DNA of 16,770 bases from an archaeon (lineage in GTDB: Archaea; Iainarchaeota; Iainarchaeia; Iainarchaeales; CSSED10-239): positions 1-16,770 of the forward strand of contig JBAWVI010000006.1 in NCBI GenBank assembly GCA_037147375.1. Reading direction: 5' to 3'. Below the pieces are notes generated by a model. The model saw nothing but the letters and a program-made list of their open reading frames with translations. It was not told where the DNA came from and made no database searches. How positions within the stretch are numbered: position 1 is the first letter of the stretch; the number at the start of each line of letters is the position of its first letter. The translations under genes were made by a program, and so were the position numbers. Shown one piece after another: positions 1-6,222 of the stretch.

Positions 1-1
1 A

Positions 2-376
2 TCAATTTCAGATTATAAATCAGGTACAGACAATTTCATTAAAACAAAGCAAGTTCTTGATGAAAGAAACTCAAACCTTTTAATGCAAAAGTACACTATC
101 CTTTTTGCAAGCAGCTTAATTGTTCCAGGAATACTTGGAATTGTTATTTCTTTAATTAAAAGTCTTAGAACTTCGATTCCAGAAACAGCAAGTACAGCAG
201 GCATCTCTCTTTATTCAATTACTTATTATTGTGTAATTATTTACATTATTGAATATATTGTAATTTCTTCAATATATTTATCTATTTTAGAGGATAATAG
301 AAGAAAAACAATAATTTATTTAGTTATTCTTCTTCCCGTAAGCCTTTTAATCTTTTTCTTATCTATGTTAATCTAA
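2..376 (+). CDS. hypothetical multi-pass membrane protein, 3' part of a gene that continues beyond the left window edge
   Basis: The frame of the tracked ORF 83..376 stays open back to nt 2 (SISDYKSGTDNFIKTKQVLDERNSNLL precedes the Met at 83). There is no SD-like purine run before 83. The C-terminal part has about 3 hydrophobic helices. TAA stop at 374-376. No family recognised. Confidence 0.5.
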   Translation, partial: SISDYKSGTDNFIKTKQVLDERNSNLLMQKYTILFASSLIVPGILGIVISLIKSLRTSIPETASTAGISLYSITYYCVIIYIIEYIVISSIYLSILEDNRRKTIIYLVILLPVSLLIFFLSMLI

Positions 377-393
377 GAAAGAAGGAAAAAGAT

Positions 394-984
394 ATGTTTG
401 ATATTGCAATTAATACATTAATTTCTACATTTGGATATTTTGGAATATTTATTTTAATGGTTATTGAAAGTACATTTATACCTCTACCCTCTGAAATAAT
501 TTTAATTCCTGCAGGATATTTAGCATACGTTGGGCATTTTAATTTTTGGTTAGTTATTATTATAGGTACGATTGGATCTATTGTTGGTTCTGTAATTAGT
601 TATTGGATAGGAAAACGTCTTGGTAGAGCATACCTATTAAATCATTCAAAAATGTTTTTTATTAAGAAAGAAAAGTTACTTAAGATTGATGATTATTTTA
701 AAAATCATGGTCCTGTCACTGTATTTATATCTAGACTTGTATTTGGAGCAAGGCACGTTATCTCAATAGTTTCTGGATTTGCAGATATGAATTTTTGGAA
801 GTTTATTGGATGGACTGTTCTTGGTGCATTAATATGGAATACATTCCTTACAGGTGTTGGATTTTTTATTGGATCACAAGCTACAGGAATTATTAATTAT
901 TATAAAATAGGGGTTGCGTTATTAATTACAATAATAGTAATCGTTTGTGGTATAATTTACATGAAAAAACGTGTCAAGATATAA
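394..984 (+). CDS. DedA / VTT-domain family membrane protein
   Basis: 196 aa. Matches the DedA signature as I remember it: FGYFGIFILMVIESTFIPLPSEIILIPAGYL, then G..G....YWIGKRLG, then SRLVFGARHVISIVSGF. ATG is preceded by a purine-rich aaggaaaaag. TAA stop. Confidence 0.85.
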   Translation: MFDIAINTLISTFGYFGIFILMVIESTFIPLPSEIILIPAGYLAYVGHFNFWLVIIIGTIGSIVGSVISYWIGKRLGRAYLLNHSKMFFIKKEKLLKIDDYFKNHGPVTVFISRLVFGARHVISIVSGFADMNFWKFIGWTVLGALIWNTFLTGVGFFIGSQATGIINYYKIGVALLITIIVIVCGIIYMKKRVKI

Positions 985-1050
985 ATATAAATGTTATTGT
1001 GGTTAATTATATTAGTAAATAAACTTTTTTTATAAGAAAAAAGAATTTAT

Positions 1051-1122
1051 GCCCTGGTAGTCTATCGGTTAGGATGCGACCCTGTCAAGGTTGCGGGGCG
1101 AGTCCGACTCTCGCCCAGGGCG
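1051..1122 (+). tRNA. tRNA-Asp (anticodon GUC), no encoded CCA
   Basis: Hand-folded cloverleaf. Acceptor GCCCTGG/CCAGGGC (1051-1057 / 1115-1121), discriminator G1122. D-stem GTCT/GGAT with a GG-containing D-loop. Anticodon stem CGACC/GGTTG with loop CTGTCAA, giving anticodon GTC at 1084-1086. 4-nt variable loop. T-stem GCGAG/CTCGC. The element is a GC-rich island in AT-rich DNA and is followed by cttttat. Confidence 0.85.
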
Positions 1123-1220
1123 CTTTTATCTTCTAATTCTTAGATATAATCAAATTTATTGAAATTGATTTCGTTTTTAATTATTTCTTTCTATATATTA
1201 TATACTAAATTTGAATATAT

Positions 1221-4079
1221 ATGTACGATTACAAGACTTTTGAAAAGAAATGGCAAAATGCTTGGGCTGAATCTAAAATCAATTATTCAGAAGTAGATTC
1301 AAATAAACCTAAATACTTTATTATCTGGGCATACCTTACTGTTTCTGGATTCCAACATGTTGGACATATGAGAGGATACTCTTATGCAGATGCAATTGCT
1401 AGATACAAAAGAATGAGAGGATATAATGTTTTAATGCCTGCAGGAGGACATGCATCTGGGAATGGTGCAGTTGCAAAGGCTCAAAAGGTTAAAGAAGGAG
1501 ATAAGGAAGTAATCTCTTACTATAAGGAAAGAGGACTTACTGATCAAGATCTTAAAACTATTTCAAGTCCAGAAGGATTTGTTTCATATTTCTCAGAAAA
1601 GTATATTCAAGACTATAAAGATTATGGATTCATTGTTGATGATAGAAGATTTACTGTTACAACAAACCTAGATTATAATAAATTTATTGAATGGCAATTT
1701 AAAAAATTAAATGAAAAAAAACTACTTATTCAAAAACCATATTTTGCAACAGCTTGTGTTAAGTGTGGACCAGTTGCAGTTGACCCATCAGAAATGGATT
1801 TATCAAAAGGTGGAACTGCAGAAAAGAATGAATACACAATTCTTAAATTAAAATTTGAAAAAGAAAATGAATTCATTGTTGTTGCTACATTAAGACCAGA
1901 AACAATCTTTGGTCAAACAAATGTATGGCTTGATTATAATATTGATTATGTTAAGATAAAGGTTGGAGACGAAGTTTGGATTGGATCGAAAGAGTTTGCA
2001 GAAAAACTAAAGTATCAAAGAGAAGATACTAAGATTCTTGAAACTATTAAAGGAAAAGATCTTGTAAGTAAATATGTAACTCCTCCAAAGATAGAAAGAA
2101 AAATAATTATTCTTCCATCAAAGTTTTGTGATCCAAAGATAGGAACAGGAATAGTCACATCAGTTCCAAGTGATGCTCCATCAGATTACATAGGACTTTA
2201 TGATTTACAAACATCTGAAAGCGAATGTAAAAAATATAATCTTAATTATCAAGATGTAAAGAACATACAATTAATTTCCATTATTAAATCAAAGGGTTAT
2301 GGGGACTATCCAGCAAAAGAGATTTGTGAAAAATTAAAAATAAGATCTCAAGAAGATGAAGAAAAACTTGAAGAAGCAAAGAAAGAGATTTACAAGGTTG
2401 GATATCATACTGGGATTATGAAAGATAATTGTGGAGAGTTTGCTAATCTTAAGGTTGAAGTTGCAAAAGATAAGATTAGAGATGATCTTATAAAAAATAA
2501 TCAAGCATATTTATTTTATGATTTATCAGAAGAAGTTCTTTGTAGATGTGGAGAGCCAGTAGTTATTAAAAAAATAGATGATCAATGGTTTATTAAATAT
2601 TCTGATCAAGAATTAACAACAAAAACAATTGAACACACAAAAGAAATGAATATTCTTCCTGAACAATTTAAAACAAATCTTGAAAATATTTTAAACTGGT
2701 TTGATGATAGAGCATGTGCAAGGCAAGGAAGATGGCTTGGAACAAAGTTTCCGTTTGATAAGTCATACACAATTGAACCAATCTCAGATAGTACCTTGTA
2801 TCCAATCTATTATCTAGTTTCATTGTATATTAATAATAAAGAACTTAAAACAGAACAATTAACAGAAGATTTCTTTGATTTTGTTTTCCTTGAAAAAGGA
2901 GAAATTAAAGATGTTTCAACAAAAACAGGAGTAGAAATTGAACTTCTTGAAAAAATAAGAAAAGATGTTGATTACTGGTATCCACTTGATATTAATCTTG
3001 GAGGACAAGAACATCAAACAGTTCATTTCCCAACATTCTTAATGAATCACATCTCAATTCTACCTGAAAAATATTATCCACAAGGAATATTTGTTAATTG
3101 GTGGGTTGTTTCAAGAACAGGAAAGATTTCAAAATCAAAGGGCGGAGTTGGATCAATTGGAAAAGAAGCAGAAAAATATTCAATTGATGCAATTAGACTT
3201 TTCTATGCAAACGTTGCTTCTCCTTTTTCAAATATTTCTTTTGAAGACGAAGATCTCTTTGTTTACAAAACAAGACTTGAAAAAATATTTACATTTGTTG
3301 AGCACATTATAGAAAGCACTGATCTTCTTGAAAAGAAAGAAGATAAACTTGATTTGTGGCTTGAATCAATATTTAATATTAGACTTAATACAATTATACA
3401 AGCTATGGAAAGAATTGAATTTAAGGTTGCAACAGATGAAATTTATTTTAATTTCTATAACGATCTTGTTTGGTATCAAAGAAGAGGTGGAAATAATAAA
3501 AGTATTTTCAAAAAGATATTACATAAGTGGATAAAAACAATGGGTATGTTCACTCCACATATATCTGAAGAACTAAACACAAAGCTTGGATATGATGATA
3601 TAATAATCACATCAAGTTTTCCTGAAGTTGATGAAATAAAAATTGATTTTAATTTAGTTTCCTCAGAAAAGAAGATTGATGATCTCATAAGTGAAATGAG
3701 AAACGTAATTAAAATGGCTGGACTTGAAAAACCAAATAAGATAACTTTATTTATTTCAGAAGAATGGAAATATAAGTTTTATAAAGAAGTTATTGATCAG
3801 CTCAAGATTACAAGAAATGTTGGACAGTTAATTCCTCTTTTCATCTCCCATTATGAAGAGCATAAAGATGAAGTTTCAAAAACAATTACAAGGCTTATGA
3901 AAAACCCAGTAACTGAGGAAATAACCAGCCAGAAAGAAGAATTTTCATTCTACAAAGATATAGAAGGTTTCCTTGAGAAAATATTTGATTGTGATGTTTC
4001 AATCAAGAAGGGAGAAGAAGGAACAAACCCAAAAGCAAAGATTGCAAGTCCTGGAAGATCAGGAATACTTGTTGAATAA
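1221..4079 (+). CDS. leuS: leucyl-tRNA synthetase, archaeal/eukaryotic-type class Ia
   Basis: 952 aa. HIGH motif HVGH at 1356-1367 (residues 46-49). KMSKS motif KISKSK at 3123-3140. Large CP1 editing insertion (TLRPETIFGQTNVW..., TGIVTSVPSDAPSDY). Archaeal-type C-terminal domain. TATA-like ctatatattatatac lies ~25 nt upstream of the ATG with no SD, which suggests a leaderless or near-leaderless mRNA. Confidence 0.95.
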   Translation: MYDYKTFEKKWQNAWAESKINYSEVDSNKPKYFIIWAYLTVSGFQHVGHMRGYSYADAIARYKRMRGYNVLMPAGGHASGNGAVAKAQKVKEGDKEVISYYKERGLTDQDLKTISSPEGFVSYFSEKYIQDYKDYGFIVDDRRFTVTTNLDYNKFIEWQFKKLNEKKLLIQKPYFATACVKCGPVAVDPSEMDLSKGGTAEKNEYTILKLKFEKENEFIVVATLRPETIFGQTNVWLDYNIDYVKIKVGDEVWIGSKEFAEKLKYQREDTKILETIKGKDLVSKYVTPPKIERKIIILPSKFCDPKIGTGIVTSVPSDAPSDYIGLYDLQTSESECKKYNLNYQDVKNIQLISIIKSKGYGDYPAKEICEKLKIRSQEDEEKLEEAKKEIYKVGYHTGIMKDNCGEFANLKVEVAKDKIRDDLIKNNQAYLFYDLSEEVLCRCGEPVVIKKIDDQWFIKYSDQELTTKTIEHTKEMNILPEQFKTNLENILNWFDDRACARQGRWLGTKFPFDKSYTIEPISDSTLYPIYYLVSLYINNKELKTEQLTEDFFDFVFLEKGEIKDVSTKTGVEIELLEKIRKDVDYWYPLDINLGGQEHQTVHFPTFLMNHISILPEKYYPQGIFVNWWVVSRTGKISKSKGGVGSIGKEAEKYSIDAIRLFYANVASPFSNISFEDEDLFVYKTRLEKIFTFVEHIIESTDLLEKKEDKLDLWLESIFNIRLNTIIQAMERIEFKVATDEIYFNFYNDLVWYQRRGGNNKSIFKKILHKWIKTMGMFTPHISEELNTKLGYDDIIITSSFPEVDEIKIDFNLVSSEKKIDDLISEMRNVIKMAGLEKPNKITLFISEEWKYKFYKEVIDQLKITRNVGQLIPLFISHYEEHKDEVSKTITRLMKNPVTEEITSQKEEFSFYKDIEGFLEKIFDCDVSIKKGEEGTNPKAKIASPGRSGILVE

Positions 4080-4104
4080 AATAAATTTAAGGATATAGAT
4101 ATTT

Positions 4105-4614
4105 ATGAAAAATAAAATAGTTGGAATTTTAATAATTATAATGGCTTTGTTAATTGGTGGAATAATTTATTTATTCAATCATGCAATGACAAAGATTGTT
4201 AATGAATCTTGTTCTCATGGTGCTAGTTGTACTATGTGGGATACAATTAATTTTGAAACAAACATAAGTATAGGTATCATGGCTCTCGTGGTTTTAATTG
4301 GACTTTATTTAATATTTTTTGGTAAAGAAGAAAAAATCATAACCAAAATCGAAATAAAAAGAATTAAAGAAAAGGTACATGATCAAAAACCAAAAAAAGA
4401 TTATAACAAGGTGCTTTCTGAGCTTGCAAGCGATGAAAGACAAGTTTTTGAAAAAATCATTGCAAGCAATGGTTCTATTTATCAATCTGATCTTCTTTCA
4501 AAAACTGGGTTTACTAAGGTTAAGGTTAGCAGAATTCTTGATAAGCTCGAATTTAAAGAATTAATTGAAAGAAAGAGAAGAGGAATGACAAATATCATAA
4601 TTTTAAAAAACTAA
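4105..4614 (+). CDS. membrane-tethered winged-helix (MarR/TrmB-like) transcriptional regulator with an extracytoplasmic CX5C loop
   Basis: 169 aa. TM1 at about residues 5-24. External loop 25-52 contains H26, M28, C36-S-H-G-A-S-C42, M44 and W45. TM2 at about 53-72 is followed by a K/E-rich segment, consistent with the positive-inside rule. C-terminal wHTH-like region: ERQVFEKIIASNGSIYQSDLLSKTGFTKVKVSRILDKLEFKELIERKRRG. Starts 25 nt after leuS. Confidence 0.7.
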   Translation: MKNKIVGILIIIMALLIGGIIYLFNHAMTKIVNESCSHGASCTMWDTINFETNISIGIMALVVLIGLYLIFFGKEEKIITKIEIKRIKEKVHDQKPKKDYNKVLSELASDERQVFEKIIASNGSIYQSDLLSKTGFTKVKVSRILDKLEFKELIERKRRGMTNIIILKN

Positions 4615-4654
4615 TTTTGTTTTTCCTTTCTTTTCCATCTATTTTTTTGTTTTT
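4615..4654 (+). terminator. oligo-T termination tract downstream of the leuS / wHTH unit
   Basis: Directly after the TAA at 4612-4614 come T4 (4615-4618), T5 (4620-4624), T7 (4642-4648) and T5 (4650-4654). Archaeal RNAP is known to terminate at oligo-dT runs. Function here is inferred. Confidence 0.4.
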
Positions 4655-4670
4655 AACAACTCCTTATTCA

Positions 4671-4684
4671 TGAAACTAGTTTCA
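4671..4684. promoter_or_regulatory. perfect 14-bp palindrome TGAAACTAGTTTCA next to the cop operon TATA-like box (candidate operator)
   Basis: TGAAACT/AGTTTCA is self-complementary with no mismatch. It lies 7 nt upstream of gtatataag (4692-4700). That box sits ~65 nt upstream of the copZ ATG (4765), which has a GAGGTG SD at 4751-4756. Confidence 0.35.
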
Positions 4685-4764
4685 ATAGTACGTATATAAG
4701 CGGTTTCTTGTAAGTATAAGTATGAATTAATTAATAATCCTAAATAAACTGAGGTGTAATTAAA

Positions 4765-4968
4765 ATGAACAAAGAATTTGAAGTTAAGGGTATGCATTGT
4801 AAAAGCTGTGAATTCTTAATTAAGGAAGGACTTCTTGATAAAAATGGAATCTCTGAGGTTAGTGCTTCATCAGCTAATGGAAAGATTAAGGTTTCATTTG
4901 ATGAAAACAAGATTAGTGAACTTAAGATTAAAGAAACAATAAGAGAGAAAGGTTATAAGGTGAAATAA
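4765..4968 (+). CDS. copZ: CopZ-like heavy-metal-associated (HMA) copper chaperone
   Basis: 67 aa. GMHCKSC (MxCxxC) at residues 9-15 (4789-4809). Length and pattern fit the beta-alpha-beta-beta-alpha-beta HMA fold. Strong SD GAGGTG lies 8 nt upstream. Confidence 0.85.
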   Translation: MNKEFEVKGMHCKSCEFLIKEGLLDKNGISEVSASSANGKIKVSFDENKISELKIKETIREKGYKVK

Positions 4969-4969
4969 A

Positions 4970-5647
4970 TTGAGCAAACATAATTTTGAAATTGAAAAAA
5001 GAGCTATATTAATTACTTTTTTAACATTTATAGTTGCTTTAATAGCAGAAGTTGGAATTCATTTCTTGTTTCTAAAAAGTTCAGGAATAATGATTAAGTA
5101 TGCCTTATGGTTTTTATATCTAAACATAAGTATTGCATTTCTTACTGGGAGCATATGGCACTTTTTAGCATACAAAACAAAAATAAATTGTATGACTGGA
5201 ATGATGATAGGAATGACTCTTGGAATGCAAGCAGGAATGATGATTGGTGCTGTTGTTGGTGCTACAAATGGTTTCTTTATTGGAGCAATGACAGGAACAA
5301 TAATTGGAGTAGGAATTGGTTTTTGGGCTGGACTTCATTCAAAAACAACAATGGGTGCTCTCCAAGGTATGATGTCTGGGATCATGGGAGGAACAATGGG
5401 ACCTATGATAACAGTTATGATGTTTTCTGATCATCTAAATGTTTTCATGCCAATCTATATGATAATCAATGTTGCAATACTAGTTGGGATGTCATATATG
5501 TTCTGGGAAGAAGCAGTTAAAGATAATCATGAAGAATATAAGAAAGTACCAATAGATATTACAACAACAATATTTGTTACAATAATTGTAACATTTGTTT
5601 TAAGTGCAGTAATCTTATTTTTACCAAGATCTGCATTTTTAGGATAA
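4970..5647 (+). CDS. Met-rich glycine-zipper polytopic membrane protein (uncharacterised; candidate Cu(I)-handling component)
   Basis: 225 aa. TTG start 1 nt after the copZ stop, with SD AAGGTGA (4957-4963) 6 nt upstream. About 6-7 hydrophobic segments. 22 Met by my count. The core (residues 75-151) has 16 Met. Gly occupies 16 of the 17 positions 77+4k. No known family recognised. Confidence 0.7.
   Translation: MSKHNFEIEKRAILITFLTFIVALIAEVGIHFLFLKSSGIMIKYALWFLYLNISIAFLTGSIWHFLAYKTKINCMTGMMIGMTLGMQAGMMIGAVVGATNGFFIGAMTGTIIGVGIGFWAGLHSKTTMGALQGMMSGIMGGTMGPMITVMMFSDHLNVFMPIYMIINVAILVGMSYMFWEEAVKDNHEEYKKVPIDITTTIFVTIIVTFVLSAVILFLPRSAFLG
5198..5392 (+). repeat. degenerate 12-nt coding periodicity (GGN-NNN-NNN-NNN) encoding the in-register (GxxxG)n segment
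   Basis: Reads as ggaatgatgata ggaatgactctt ggaatgcaagca ggaatgatgatt ggtgctgttgtt ggtgctacaaat ggtttctttatt ggagcaatgaca ggaacaataatt ggagtaggaatt ggtttttgggct gga. One off-register unit (Lys125) follows, then four more in-register units. ggaatgatgat occurs twice (5198, 5234). Confidence 0.6.
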
Positions 5648-5672
5648 TTAAATAAATAAGGAGAAATAAATT

Positions 5673-6188
5673 ATGAAACAAAAAAAAACATTAGTTTTAG
5701 GAATAGTAGTTATTGCAATAATTGTGGTTTTTGGAATAATCTCAGCTTATGCATTTACTACTCCATCAAAAACAATAACTAATACAAATAACACGTTATC
5801 AAACAATAACACAGTGTTTAATGGAAATCAAGAAACACAAACCGCAACTTTAAGTTTTAAGAATTATGAATACGTGCTAACACCAAACACCTTAAAGAAA
5901 GGCGTTCCAGTGAAGATTACAGTTGATACAACAACAGTTGTTGGGTGTATGAGAGATGTAGTTATTGGAGACTTTGGAGTAAGAAAGTATGTAACTCCAA
6001 CAGATAACGTAATTGAGTTCACACCAAATAAAGATGGTACATTCTTGATTGCTTGTTCAATGAACATGGGAAGAGGTTTCTTCTCAGTTAGTTCAGAGGG
6101 AGTAACTAATGCAATCACTGAAGCAGCAATTCAAACTGCAAAAGAAGCTTCACCAAAATCAAGTGGTGGATGCGGGTGCGGAAACTAA
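5673..6188 (+). CDS. membrane-anchored/secreted cupredoxin-like (Cupredoxin_1-type) metal-binding protein with a C-terminal CGCG tail
   Basis: 171 aa. N-terminal signal-anchor (LVLGIVVIAIIVVFGIISAYA). Asn/Thr-rich linker. The domain (LKKGVPVKITVDTTTVVGCMRDVVIGDFGV...VIEFTPNKDGTFLIACSMNMGRGFFSV) matches the G-C...F-x-C-x-M-x-M pattern I associate with cupredoxin-like proteins found next to copper ATPases. Ends in SSGGCGCGN. SD AAGGAGA (5658-5664). Confidence 0.7.
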   Translation: MKQKKTLVLGIVVIAIIVVFGIISAYAFTTPSKTITNTNNTLSNNNTVFNGNQETQTATLSFKNYEYVLTPNTLKKGVPVKITVDTTTVVGCMRDVVIGDFGVRKYVTPTDNVIEFTPNKDGTFLIACSMNMGRGFFSVSSEGVTNAITEAAIQTAKEASPKSSGGCGCGN

Positions 6189-6222
6189 GTAAATAATACA
6201 TATAAATAGACGTGGTGGATTT

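Noticed and set aside
13-204. 63-aa minus-strand ORF at the left edge
   Set aside because: It lies antisense to the open plus-strand frame that runs from nt 2 to 376. It has no start context or motif and is most likely a shadow ORF.
3091-3688. Three short ORFs inside leuS (3091..3312 +, 3328..3534 +, 3476..3688 -)
   Set aside because: They are alternative-frame or antisense ORFs wholly inside a gene with clear LeuRS motifs. Their low-complexity K/L/Q/I translations are typical of AT-rich off-frame reading.
4379-4564. 61-aa ORF in another frame of the membrane wHTH gene
   Set aside because: It is fully nested. The main frame gives a coherent TM-loop-TM-wHTH architecture.
5107-5430. 107-aa W/N/D-rich ORF overlapping the Met-zipper gene
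   Set aside because: It is an off-frame reading of the 12-nt periodic gga-atg-atg-type repeat, which produces WNDDRND-type repeats. It has no independent start signal, whereas the main frame has an SD and operon context.
5864-6118. 84-aa antisense ORF inside the cupredoxin-like gene
   Set aside because: It is a shadow ORF opposite a gene with a signal anchor and a recognisable metal-binding pattern.
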